In this document: in pieces, positions 26,721-36,067 of the stretch
How positions within the stretch are numbered: position 1 is the first letter of the stretch
How the letters are laid out: every line of letters starts with the position of its first letter
Assembly: GCA_900548005.1 (NCBI GenBank)
Contig: URIZ01000001.1
Span: forward strand, 93,756 to 157,755
Source: an uncultured Eubacteriales bacterium
Lineage (GTDB): Bacteria > Bacillota > Clostridia > Christensenellales > CAG-917
DNA: 64,000 nucleotides
Reading direction: 5' to 3'
Made by a program: the position numbers and the translations under genes
Notes under the pieces: generated by a model
What the model saw: only the letters and a program-made list of their open reading frames with translations
Told to the model about the DNA's origin: nothing
Databases searched by the model: none

Positions 26721-26767
26721 ACAAACTTTTTCTGCGCTCGTGTCACAATTATTCATTATTAATTAAC

Positions 26768-26790
26768 AAAAAAAAGCACCGAAGTGCGTT
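26768..26790 (-). terminator. Terminator of the 62-aa gene (minus strand)
   Basis: The minus strand reads GCAC-TTCG-GTGC followed by TTTTTTTT. The stem is short but GC-rich, with a UUCG loop. Confidence 0.5.
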
Positions 26791-26797
26791 TTGGTCA

Positions 26798-26986
26798 TCA
26801 CCAGTCTTCTCGGTGATTGATTTTGACATCGTCATAATACTCAAAATACTTTTGCTTGTATCTTTGAGTTTCGTTGCGGTGACGTTTCAGTTCTTCACGA
26901 GCGTGTTTTTGCGCTTCGGTGAGTTCGGATTCGTCTTTTTCCGCTTTTTCATTGAGCGGTGTAAGTCTTGCTTTTTCGTAGTCCAT
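26798..26986 (-). CDS. Hypothetical Lys/Glu-rich 62-aa protein
   Basis: The ORF is followed by a hairpin plus U8 on its own strand. No Shine-Dalgarno sequence or motif was recognised. Confidence 0.4.
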   Translation of the reverse strand: MDYEKARLTPLNEKAEKDESELTEAQKHAREELKRHRNETQRYKQKYFEYYDDVKINHREDW

Positions 26987-27129
26987 TATTATGCCGTTAT
27001 ATTCGCGTTTCGACTGATTTTTCTTGCAAAACGCCTTATTGTTCGTTTGCCTTGAAAAACGCTTTATTGTTGTTTTGTCGTGACAACGCGCTGTCGCTTA
27101 TCGAAAAGGGATAATGCGATGCGAGATTG

Positions 27130-27423
27130 TCAGAATACGATATGTTCCACGTCGTCGCGCGACGAGCGTCTGTATATAACAACTTTGTTCCCGATTGCCG
27201 TGACAGGTTCTGCACCGGTGAGTGCGCAAATTGCGTTCAAAACGGTTTTTGCGTCCGTTTCTGCGTTGCGAAGCACGGATATTTTGATAAGTTCGTGCAA
27301 ATCGAGAGCGGTGGAGATGTCGATAATCTGATTGTCACCGATGCCGTTTTTGCCGATTTGGAATATGGGGGTTATGTTTTGCGCCATACTGCGAAGATGC
27401 GCGCGTTGTGTTGATGTAAGCAT
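27130..27423 (-). CDS. yhbY: Ribosome-assembly RNA-binding protein YhbY (CRM domain)
   Basis: MLTSTQRAHLRSMAQNITPIFQIGKNGIGDNQIIDISTALDLHELIKISV aligns with E. coli YhbY (KQKQHLKGLAH...GSNGLTEGV...ALEHHELIKVKI). AAGGAG lies 8 nt upstream of the ATG at 27423. Confidence 0.85.
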   Translation of the reverse strand: MLTSTQRAHLRSMAQNITPIFQIGKNGIGDNQIIDISTALDLHELIKISVLRNAETDAKTVLNAICALTGAEPVTAIGNKVVIYRRSSRDDVEHIVF

Positions 27424-27478
27424 ATATTTCTCCTTGTGTGTATACGATGATAGCATTTTTGCGTGCGGAATGCAACCG

Positions 27479-28660
27479 CTATGCCATTTTTCTGTCCATA
27501 TCTATGACGAAATAGTATTTTGTTTCGTCGTTTTCAAACTCTTTTTCGCAAGCGGAATGAATGTCGTTGAGCGTGATTTTGCTGTCGTATGGCACAACGA
27601 CGTCGAAGACGAGATTGACGTGCGTATCGCCGTTGACCATTCTGAAATCGTGGATGCTGAGATCGGGCTCGAGCTTTGCGATGACGTTGCCAACGCGCTC
27701 TTTCAGGGCGGCGAGTTGCTTGTTTTTGGTGTCTATGGGGTCCATGTGGATGTTGAGCCTGACGTGCATCTCGTCCCACATATCGTGCTCGATGTTGTCG
27801 ATGATGTCGTGGCTTTTTACGATATCGACGTCTGCGGGCACTTCCACGTGCGCCACCACAAAACAATGGCTTGCGCCGTAGCTGTGCACGACAAGATCGT
27901 GCACGCCGATCACTCCGTTGTATGAGAGAATCTTTGCCGTGATCTTGTCCACGAGTTCCTTGGGCGGTTTTTCGCCGAGCAGGGGAGATATCGCGTCTTT
28001 GAGCAAAAGTATGCTTGACACGATGATAAACAGCGACACCGCTATACCCATGATGCCGTCAACGCTGACTTTGGGGCTTATTCTGTCGCCGCACACGTCA
28101 ATGATTATGGTGGAGATAAGCACGGCGAGCGTCGTGAGCGAGTCGTTGCGGCTGTCTTGTGCGCTGGCTTTGAGCGCATTGGACGAGATCGCTTTTGAAA
28201 AGTCCTTGTACACGAGCATTTGCACGAGTTTCATCACAATGCTGATTGAAAGCACGACATAGGTGAAGACGCTCACGTCAACTGGCGTGGGAGCGACAAC
28301 CTTTTCTATGGACGATTTCATCAGCGTGATGCCCAAAAACAGCACCATCATAGACACGAGAAGTCCCGTGACGTATTCGTACCTTGCGTGTCCGAACGGG
28401 TGGTCTTTGTCGGGCGGAATGCTTGAAAGCTTGAATCCGACAAGTGTCACAATGCTGCTGCCCGCGTCCGACAAGTTGTTGATTGCGTCCGCGATGATGG
28501 TTATGCTGCCGCCGATGATACCGGCAACGATTTTTATCACGAACAAAATCGCGTTGCTGACAATGCCGATGATGCCGGCACATATACCGTAGCGATTGCG
28601 CACCTTTGGATCGGACACGTTCTCGTAGTCCTTTATAAACGCTTTGCGAAACAGTTTCAT
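27479..28660 (-). CDS. Cation diffusion facilitator (CDF) family metal efflux transporter
   Basis: Six TM helices with IIADAINNLSDAGSS and HARYEY-type motifs. The C-terminal cytoplasmic domain contains HDLVVHSYG...HVEV. Confidence 0.8.
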   Translation of the reverse strand: MKLFRKAFIKDYENVSDPKVRNRYGICAGIIGIVSNAILFVIKIVAGIIGGSITIIADAINNLSDAGSSIVTLVGFKLSSIPPDKDHPFGHARYEYVTGLLVSMMVLFLGITLMKSSIEKVVAPTPVDVSVFTYVVLSISIVMKLVQMLVYKDFSKAISSNALKASAQDSRNDSLTTLAVLISTIIIDVCGDRISPKVSVDGIMGIAVSLFIIVSSILLLKDAISPLLGEKPPKELVDKITAKILSYNGVIGVHDLVVHSYGASHCFVVAHVEVPADVDIVKSHDIIDNIEHDMWDEMHVRLNIHMDPIDTKNKQLAALKERVGNVIAKLEPDLSIHDFRMVNGDTHVNLVFDVVVPYDSKITLNDIHSACEKEFENDETKYYFVIDMDRKMA

Positions 28661-28731
28661 AGCTTTCTCTCTCAAAATTGTTTATAAATAAGATACTATT
28701 ATATATACTTTAAGTCAACAAAAATCGTGCA

Positions 28732-28759
28732 AGAAAAAAGGACGGCAAGCCGTCCTTTT
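28732..28759 (-). terminator. Terminator of the pot operon (minus strand)
   Basis: The minus strand reads AGGACGG-CTTG-CCGTCCT followed by TTTTTTCT. Confidence 0.75.
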
Positions 28760-28774
28760 GTGTGGAGTGTGTGG

Positions 28775-30247
28775 TTATTTAATTTTGCGGGGGCGGAGTT
28801 TCAGAGCTTCTACTGAGAAGTAGAGTGCAACGCAAACGCCCACTGCAAGCACGATTGCAAGGATGACAAACCAAAGGTTTGAATCCACGTGCGCGCCCGA
28901 TTTGGCTCTTTGCCACATATTGACCACAACGTCGTTGCGATCGCCGAAGTCGCGCATGACGCCGAGAGTGTCGTCAATGACGGGGTAGCGACCTTCGTTG
29001 TCGAAGTATTCGTCCACGTCATACTCGTTGTCCTTGATGTATTCCACAACGTCGGCGTTCGCTCTGAGCACTTCTTTTGCGGCGGCAGACGTATAGCCGA
29101 TTGCCATGGAGTTGCGTATCGAGCTCGTTGGATTTGCCATGTAGTCGATAAACATCATTGCGGCGAGCTTGTTGTTGACGCTTGTGGGGATGCACCAGCC
29201 GTCATACCAGATATTGCTTGCTTTTTTGGGCACGTAATAGCCGAGTTGGTAAGTGTCGGTCTCCTCGTCATAGTCGCCTTCTTCGATCGCCCAAAGCGCG
29301 TCGCCGCTCCAAGCAAAGTCGGCATACACGATCTCGTTGATCATATCGTCCTTGCCGAAGTCCACTTCATAGCCCGAGATATGTTCGCGCTGATCGGTGA
29401 GTACTTTTTCTGCGGCGTTGACCATTTCGTCATCGGTGCAGTTGATGAGTTGTTGCACGGTGTAGTCTTTGTATTTTTCGGGCAACTTGCCGTACTCGTA
29501 CATATAGAAGATAGCCGCCGCATAGGTGTCGCGCACGCTGTCTTTCATGAGAGTTTTGTTTTCGAGACGTTCGTTTTTCTGCTCGTTCCAAAGCACGCCC
29601 CAGCCGTATTGTTCGAGTTCTTCAATGCTGACGACTTTCGTGTTGTAGAGAATGCCGAGCGTTCCGTACATATACGGCACCATATATTCGGTCATGTCGT
29701 GCACCTTGCCGTCCTTGGTCTTGATTGCGCCGAACATGGACTTGATCGTGTCCATAACGCTCGGTTCGATGCTGCCCCAATTGGTGTTCGTAATCGCATT
29801 ATACGGGGTTAAACTGCTCATATTGTCAAGTGAAATGCCGTATTTGTCAAGTTGGGGTTGCAATTCTTCTTTCAAAGTCTTGTGGTTGAGAAGGCAACCT
29901 GCGGTGAGCAATTTTTCGATTGCGTATTCGCTCGGGCAAATCAAATCGACGTTGGCGTCGCCTTTTAGCACCTTGGTCATCATCGTTTCGTTGGTGTCGA
30001 AAGTTGTGTAGGTGATAGACAGCGTGCGCCCCGTCATCGCTTTGTAGTAGTCGGCAAATTCGTCAAGAAGGCGTTTGCCGCTTTCTTCGTCTTTTGATGT
30101 GTCGATATAGTCTTCCCAGTTGTAGATCACAAGTTTGTCGCCACCCGATTGCGTCACGCCGCCTTGCGAGTTGCACGCAGACAGGACGGGGAGCAAAACG
30201 CAGATTGCAACCAAAGATAAAACTATGAGATATGCAAATCTTTTCAT
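28775..30247 (-). CDS. potD: Spermidine/putrescine-type ABC substrate-binding lipoprotein (PotD/PotF-like, enlarged to 490 aa)
   Basis: Lipobox LSAC. Shows the solute-binding family 1 pattern (VIYNWEDYID, ...PSEYAIEKL, WCIP) and operon context with potABC. Confidence 0.7.
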   Translation of the reverse strand: MKRFAYLIVLSLVAICVLLPVLSACNSQGGVTQSGGDKLVIYNWEDYIDTSKDEESGKRLLDEFADYYKAMTGRTLSITYTTFDTNETMMTKVLKGDANVDLICPSEYAIEKLLTAGCLLNHKTLKEELQPQLDKYGISLDNMSSLTPYNAITNTNWGSIEPSVMDTIKSMFGAIKTKDGKVHDMTEYMVPYMYGTLGILYNTKVVSIEELEQYGWGVLWNEQKNERLENKTLMKDSVRDTYAAAIFYMYEYGKLPEKYKDYTVQQLINCTDDEMVNAAEKVLTDQREHISGYEVDFGKDDMINEIVYADFAWSGDALWAIEEGDYDEETDTYQLGYYVPKKASNIWYDGWCIPTSVNNKLAAMMFIDYMANPTSSIRNSMAIGYTSAAAKEVLRANADVVEYIKDNEYDVDEYFDNEGRYPVIDDTLGVMRDFGDRNDVVVNMWQRAKSGAHVDSNLWFVILAIVLAVGVCVALYFSVEALKLRPRKIK

Positions 30248-31071
30248 GCGTTTTTCTCCTTTGCTTTTTTCTTTTCGCGGGAAATCTTGACGAGATTGAT
30301 TGAGAGCACGGCGGCAAGAACAACGACGAAGATGATTGAGAAGATAGCATACCAGAACGGTTCGAGACCTTGCACTCTCGCGTCGGAGTAGATGAAAGTG
30401 GACAGCGTGTTGATGCCCGTTGCCGCGCCCTTGTTGATTTGGGTGATGATAAAGTCGTCCATAGACATGATAAACGCCATCACAAAGCCGCTGACGATGC
30501 CCGGGGTGATGATGGGGATCATAACCTTTGTCAAAGCCTTGAAGGGATTTGCGCCAAGGTCGAGAGCCGCCTCGTAGATGTTGGGATCCATGGATTCGAG
30601 CTTTGGCAAGACGCTGAGCACGACGTAGGGGGTGCAGAAAGCGATGTGCGCGATGATAAGGCGCAGGTAGCCTTCGGGGAAGGAGAACGTCACAAAGAAC
30701 ACCATCATGGAAACCGCCATGACGATCTCGCTGTTGATAATCGGAAACTGATTGACGTTTTCAACCACGCGTCTTGCACGCTTGCCGAGGTGGAAGATGC
30801 CGATTGACGCAAAAGTGCCCATGATTGTCGCAATAACGCTTGATATGCTTGCGATGATGAGCGTGTTGGCAATCGCGCTCCAAAGTTCGGGCGATTTGTC
30901 CGACTTGAATATGGAGATATATGCCTCAAAGCTGAAACCGTTTTCAAAGTTGAAGTTGGAGCTGTTTGAGAACGAATAGATGATGAGCAGAATTATCGGC
31001 GCATACAAGATGGCAAGGACGATGAGCAGATAAAACTTTTCAAAAAAGCTCTTGATTTTTTCTTTTACCAT
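30244..31071 (-). CDS. potC: Spermidine/putrescine ABC transporter permease PotC
   Basis: The true start is [10 protein letters not shown] at 31071, overlapping the potB stop. It has the EAA loop motif YEAALDLGANPFKALTKVMIPIITPG. The track's 462-aa ORF is an upstream read-through of non-coding frame. Confidence 0.85.
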   Translation of the reverse strand: MVKEKIKSFFEKFYLLIVLAILYAPIILLIIYSFSNSSNFNFENGFSFEAYISIFKSDKSPELWSAIANTLIIASISSVIATIMGTFASIGIFHLGKRARRVVENVNQFPIINSEIVMAVSMMVFFVTFSFPEGYLRLIIAHIAFCTPYVVLSVLPKLESMDPNIYEAALDLGANPFKALTKVMIPIITPGIVSGFVMAFIMSMDDFIITQINKGAATGINTLSTFIYSDARVQGLEPFWYAIFSIIFVVVLAAVLSINLVKISREKKKAKEKNA

Positions 31072-31865
31072 AGCGATCTCCTTACCGCATTGTTGTTGCG
31101 ATTGAATTTGTTCATCACAAAGTTGGACAAAAGCACGAATACGAGCATGACCAAACTCATGATTGATCCGACGCCATACATGCCTTGCTCGAAGCTGAGC
31201 TGTATGGAATCGCCGAAAAGGAATATCTTGCCGTTTGAGAGCAGTTGTGATATTGCATAGGTTGAGATTGTGGGGATAAACACCATTGTGATGCCGCTCA
31301 GTATTCCGCTCACGGACAAGGGGAGCGTCGTCTTCAAAAACACGGTGGTTTTGTCTGCTCCAAGATCCTGCGCTGCCTCGGCATAACTCTTGTCGATGCC
31401 AGACAGCGTCGTGTGCAAGGGCAGTATCATAAAGGGCAGATAGTTGTACACCATGCCGAAAATCACCGTGCCCATGCCAAGCTCTATGCCAAGAGCGATG
31501 AAGATCGCTTTGGTTGCGAGCGTGCGGATAAGGAAGTTTACGCCCATAGGAATGATGTAGAGAAGCACAAGAATTCTGCCGCTGGACATCTTGGACAAGA
31601 AGTATGCCACCGGATATCCGATGAGAAGGCAAAACGCGGTGGTGATAAGCCCCACAAGCAGCGAGTTGCCAAGCACGACAAGGCTTGACTTTGACGTGAA
31701 GAACGTCTTGAAGTTGTCAAGCGTCAGGTTGTTTCCGTTGTCGAGAAACGCGTTCACGAGAATGAGAACGAGCGGTATCACGACAAAGAGCAGAAGAAAA
31801 ATGATGTACGGAATGGAAAACACCTTTTTCGTCAGCCTCAGTTTTTTGACAGCAACTTTTTTCAT
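31065..31865 (-). CDS. potB: Spermidine/putrescine ABC transporter permease PotB
   Basis: Six TM helices and the EAA motif [31 protein letters not shown]-type overlap with potA. Confidence 0.85.
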   Translation of the reverse strand: MKKVAVKKLRLTKKVFSIPYIIFLLLFVVIPLVLILVNAFLDNGNNLTLDNFKTFFTSKSSLVVLGNSLLVGLITTAFCLLIGYPVAYFLSKMSSGRILVLLYIIPMGVNFLIRTLATKAIFIALGIELGMGTVIFGMVYNYLPFMILPLHTTLSGIDKSYAEAAQDLGADKTTVFLKTTLPLSVSGILSGITMVFIPTISTYAISQLLSNGKIFLFGDSIQLSFEQGMYGVGSIMSLVMLVFVLLSNFVMNKFNRNNNAVRRSLW

Positions 31866-33496
31866 TCCGCTTTGTTCTCCTTGGCATCGTCAACGTCTTC
31901 GAGCACAAATTCGTCTTGCTCGTGGGATTCGATGATTTCTTCCACGGCGTCGAATTTTTCGGGTTCTTCAAGACGCGCTTTTTCGACGGCCTCTTGTTCT
32001 TCTTTGGTGAGAGTCTCGTCTTTTACGACTTTTTGCACGGGTTCTTCTTCCACGTCGCGCTTTTCGATGAGAATCTTTTCGGGCGCGATCTTGATGCCTA
32101 CGCGGTCGCCTTTGAGCCAATCGTCGTCGGTGTCGGCAAAGAAGTTGTAGTGATCGTCGGTGGAAAGGATGGCTTGATAATAGCTGCCTTTGTAGATGGA
32201 CGAAAGCACGTTTGCGCCGATGACGCCGTCTTCTTCGTCGTCGGTGATTTCAACGTCGTCAAAGTCAACAAGCACTTTGACGGGCGTGCCGACGGGAAGA
32301 TCGGTCTTGCACTCGAAGTCCGCTCCGCAGATCTCCACGAGATTTTCGCCCGTGATGAAGGTGTCGATCTCGTTGATGATGCGAGTCTTGTGCATGATGT
32401 GAAGGTCAAACGGCTTGATGTAGATGCCCACGGTTTCGCCCACGTCATAGGTGTCGGTGTCGTGCGCAACGATTTCGTTGCCGTTTGCCATAAGCGTGAT
32501 TTGATAGTGGTCGCCCTTGAACACGGACGAGAGCACTTCTGCGGTGAGAATGGTGCGCTTGTCGTCCACTTTCTTGATTTTCACGTCTTCTGGGCGGATG
32601 ATGACGTCGATAGGCTCGTTGTGTTTGAAGCCCTTGTCCACGCAGTCGAAAACGGTGTCGCAAAACTCAACCTTGAAGTCTTCAAGCATCGTGCCCGAAA
32701 GAATGGTGCTCTCGCCGATGAAGTCCGCAACAAAAGCGTTGGCAGGCTCGTCATAGATCTTTTCGGGGGACGCGATTTGTTGGATTTCGCCCATACGCAT
32801 AACCACGATTTTGTCTGACATGGTGAGTGCTTCTTCTTGGTCGTGAGTGACGTAGATGAAAGTGATGCCCAAACGAGAGTGCATATCCATAAGCTCGAGC
32901 TGCATATCTTTGCGCATTTTAAGGTCGAGCGCGCCTAGCGGCTCGTCAAGGAGCAACACTTCCGGCTCGTTGACAAGAGCGCGAGCGATTGCCACTCTTT
33001 GTTGTTGACCGCCGCTGAGCGAAGACACGTTTCTGTGACCGTAGTCTTCAAGGTCAACCATTTTGAGCGCGTTGTTGACTTTTTCTTTTATCTCGGCTTT
33101 GGTGTACTTTCTGAAAAGTTGCACGGTATCGCCATTCCTATTGACCTTCGTGCCGTTGGGGATAACTTTGAGTTTCAAGCCGAAAGCGATGTTGTTGAAA
33201 ACGTTCAGATGCGGAAAGAGCGCGTACTTTTGGAACACGGTGTTCACGGGGCGCAAGTGGGGCGGAGTGTCGGTGATGTCTTTTCCGTTGAAGATGATTT
33301 TTCCGCTCGTGGGCATTTCAAAGCCGGCAATCATACGCAAAGTGGTGGTTTTTCCGCAACCGCTAGGACCTAACAGGGTGACGAATTCGCCGCGTTTTAT
33401 CGTTAGACTTGCGTTCTTGACGACTTGCTTTCCGTCATACTCTTTGTAGACGTTGCGAAGCTCGATGATGTTGTCAACTGGTGTCTTGTTTGTCAT
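31862..33496 (-). CDS. potA: Spermidine/putrescine ABC ATPase PotA with a duplicated TOBE-like domain and an acidic tail
   Basis: ATG at 33496 follows AAAGGAA. Walker [10 protein letters not shown], signature LSGGQQQRV, Walker [12 protein letters not shown]. Two similar C-terminal segments follow ([15 protein letters not shown]... and [15 protein letters not shown]...). Confidence 0.85.
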   Translation of the reverse strand: MTNKTPVDNIIELRNVYKEYDGKQVVKNASLTIKRGEFVTLLGPSGCGKTTTLRMIAGFEMPTSGKIIFNGKDITDTPPHLRPVNTVFQKYALFPHLNVFNNIAFGLKLKVIPNGTKVNRNGDTVQLFRKYTKAEIKEKVNNALKMVDLEDYGHRNVSSLSGGQQQRVAIARALVNEPEVLLLDEPLGALDLKMRKDMQLELMDMHSRLGITFIYVTHDQEEALTMSDKIVVMRMGEIQQIASPEKIYDEPANAFVADFIGESTILSGTMLEDFKVEFCDTVFDCVDKGFKHNEPIDVIIRPEDVKIKKVDDKRTILTAEVLSSVFKGDHYQITLMANGNEIVAHDTDTYDVGETVGIYIKPFDLHIMHKTRIINEIDTFITGENLVEICGADFECKTDLPVGTPVKVLVDFDDVEITDDEEDGVIGANVLSSIYKGSYYQAILSTDDHYNFFADTDDDWLKGDRVGIKIAPEKILIEKRDVEEEPVQKVVKDETLTKEEQEAVEKARLEEPEKFDAVEEIIESHEQDEFVLEDVDDAKENKAE

Positions 33497-33667
33497 TTTA
33501 GCATTCCTTTCGGAGTCGCGCTCCGAGTTGTTGTTTTTTATATAGATAAACAAATGTTATTATATTTTATATATTCTTTTTTTGTTGTGCCGTTTGCGTG
33601 TCGCCGCTCAAATCGGCGTTTTATACCGTCAAAACGAGCTTGTAAACGCTCAATCTTGCCATTTGCA

Positions 33668-34201
33668 TCAAAAAGTGGGCGGGGACGCTATCCACAGCAC
33701 CACGGCTTTTTCACCCGTGCGATTTTCAAGGTGATGCACCTTTGAAGACGAGAAATAAAACACTTCCCCCTTCTTGACGCAGTAGGCTGCCTGACCTATG
33801 TTTAGCCACACTCTGCCCGAGAGAACGTAGCCGAATTCTTCGCCTTCGTGGGGCACGTCTTCTTCAAGCGCGGTGTGCGGCTCGAGCGTAACGCGGATGG
33901 GCTCCATCTCGTTCTTTTGCGCGTTGGGCACAAGCCATTCTATCTTGTGCCTTGCGTCGATTTTCTCAATGAACTCCGCCTCGGTGAACACCACTTTTTC
34001 TTCTTTCTCGTCCTTGAAGAAGTCCGCAAAAGTCGTGCCGAGCGCATTGAGAATGTCTTCGAGCGTCGTGATAGAGGGGGACGTCAACTCGTTTTCAAGC
34101 TGCGAGATATAACCTTTTGTAAGTTCGCAACGGTCGGCGAGTTCTTCTTGCGTGAGATTTTTTTGCAATCTCAACCTTTTGATTTTCGTGCCAAGTTCCA
34201 T
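33668..34201 (-). CDS. XRE-family HTH regulator with a C-terminal cupin domain (PuuR-like)
   Basis: ATG at 34201 follows AAGGAG. HTH region LGTKIKRLRLQKNLTQEELADRCELTKGYISQLEN. Cupin region GEEFGYVLSGRVWLNIG...GEVFYFSSSKVHHLEN. Lies upstream of potABCD on the same strand. Confidence 0.8.
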   Translation of the reverse strand: MELGTKIKRLRLQKNLTQEELADRCELTKGYISQLENELTSPSITTLEDILNALGTTFADFFKDEKEEKVVFTEAEFIEKIDARHKIEWLVPNAQKNEMEPIRVTLEPHTALEEDVPHEGEEFGYVLSGRVWLNIGQAAYCVKKGEVFYFSSSKVHHLENRTGEKAVVLWIASPPTF

Positions 34202-34515
34202 ACAAACTCCTTGCTGCAAAAAATGCACGAATCGTGCGTTCCGTTTAGGCTGACTAAACTTTCGGTACAGTTTAGGCAAAAACAACCGCGAGTTTAGCAA
34301 GTTTTGCAATTTCTAACAAAAAGTTTAGCACTGCTAAACATAATTGTCAAAAAAGATTATATATATTTGCATGCGCCGTGTCAATTAAAATGCAATAGTT
34401 TTCGACAAAATTTTACGTTTTGCAAGAAAAAATAAAAAATGAAAGAAGTCCTGCTTTTTGGCAAGACTTCCAAGGGGGAGCAACGAGTCGTTCGTTGCAA
34501 GATTTTTGAAAAAAT

Positions 34516-35769
34516 TTAGTCGGATTTTCGCTTTGAAACGCTTTTTGCACGCTTTGCGTGGCGCAGGCGAGAGTGGCGATAGCTCTTTGCAAGTCCGCCG
34601 CCCGACGTTTCGCGATAGCGCACGTTGATGTCTTTGCCCGTCTGATACATCGTTTCCACAACCGCGTCAAAGGAGATTTGTCTTGACGTTGTGAGAAAAC
34701 TTGCAAGGGATACGGCGTTTATCGCGCGCATTGCGGCAACCGCGTTTCTTTCTATGCAAGGGATTTGCACGAGCCCGTCCACGGGATCGCAAGTGAGCCC
34801 GAGATGATGCTCCATGGCAACTTCCGCGGAGTATTCGATCTGATCGAAGTCCATGCCGAACAGTTGCGCAAGAGCCGCCGCCGCCATAGAACATGCCGTG
34901 CCGCATTCCGCCTGACAGCCGCACTCTGCGCCCGATATGGACGCATTGGTCTTGACGATGTTGCCGATGATTCCCGCCGTGCAAAGAGCGTCTATGATGT
35001 CGTCCGTTGTCAAGCGGTGCACTTCTTGTTCATAGCGAAGGACAGCGGGCACAATTCCGCATGCGCCGCAAGTGGGGGCTGTGACAATCACCTCTCCCGC
35101 CGCGTTTTGCTCGCTGACGGCAAAAGCATAGGCGCACACAAGGCGATTTTCTTTGGTTTGCGGGGTTTCGTCTATATGGCGTTGTTGGTACAGCACTTTG
35201 GCGCGCCTTTCGGTGTTTAGACCGCCGGGCAGAACGCCGCTTGCCTTCAAGCCTTGTTTGATTGCGTTTTTCATCGCGTCCCACATAGTCGAGAGATATT
35301 CGCGGATTTGACTGCCTTCAAAACGCTCCACGTATTGCGGAATGGAGATTTCTTCCTTGTCGCAGTATTCGCGGATTTGCTCGAAAGTGTGGTGGGGGTA
35401 GACGTCTTTTGGCTCTATGGCTTTTTCGCCTTCCACTTCGATTGCTCCGCCGCCAACGCTGTACACTCTCCACGAGTCGATCACTTTGCCGTTGATGTCG
35501 ATGGCAAACAGATCCATAGTGTTTGGGTGTTTCAGGTGAGTGTTTTCAAAGTCGAAAACAACGTCCACGGGTTTTGTGAACGTCTTTTGCAACACGACGT
35601 CCGTGCCGTGACCTTTGCCGGTCTTTGCGAGCGAGCCGTACAGCACCACTTTGAAAGAAGTGGCGGTTTTGTTGCGCTCGGAGAAGAGCTTTGCGGCTTT
35701 TTCGGGTCCCATCGTGTGAGATGAAGACGGGCCGCGTCCAATTTTGTACAATTCGGTCAGGCTTTTCAT
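34516..35769 (-). CDS. sdaA: L-serine ammonia-lyase (iron-sulfur dependent, single-chain form)
   Basis: N-terminus MKSLTELYKIGRGPSSSHTMGPEKAA matches the SdaA signature (FKVGIGPSSSHTVGPM). Cys-containing blocks CGACG and SGAECGCQAECG are present. Confidence 0.85.
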   Translation of the reverse strand: MKSLTELYKIGRGPSSSHTMGPEKAAKLFSERNKTATSFKVVLYGSLAKTGKGHGTDVVLQKTFTKPVDVVFDFENTHLKHPNTMDLFAIDINGKVIDSWRVYSVGGGAIEVEGEKAIEPKDVYPHHTFEQIREYCDKEEISIPQYVERFEGSQIREYLSTMWDAMKNAIKQGLKASGVLPGGLNTERRAKVLYQQRHIDETPQTKENRLVCAYAFAVSEQNAAGEVIVTAPTCGACGIVPAVLRYEQEVHRLTTDDIIDALCTAGIIGNIVKTNASISGAECGCQAECGTACSMAAAALAQLFGMDFDQIEYSAEVAMEHHLGLTCDPVDGLVQIPCIERNAVAAMRAINAVSLASFLTTSRQISFDAVVETMYQTGKDINVRYRETSGGGLAKSYRHSRLRHAKRAKSVSKRKSD

Positions 35770-36067
35770 AAAGACTCCTTATTGACGGTATTATACCATA
35801 ATCGCGATTTTTATCAATAGTTTGTTGGATTTATTGCTCAAAAAATGTAGAAATTTTGCGATATTCCACTCAACGATTTGCCAAGCGTATAAAAAGTGTG
35901 TTAATATATCAAAAGTTTTATAGAAACAATAAGAAATATATATAGCAACTATACAAAAATAAGAAACAACAAAAACAAAATAGGCAACAATAAACAGACA
36001 ACAAACAGAAGATATATTCATACATCGGCGACATGGACATGCGCTCGCCGAAAAAGAAGGCTCAGTT

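Noticed and set aside
30244-31632. The track ORF of 462 aa covering potC plus about 560 nt upstream.
   Set aside because: The N-terminal 187 aa overlap potB in another frame and look non-protein-like. The genuine potC start is [10 protein letters not shown] at 31071, overlapping the potB stop.
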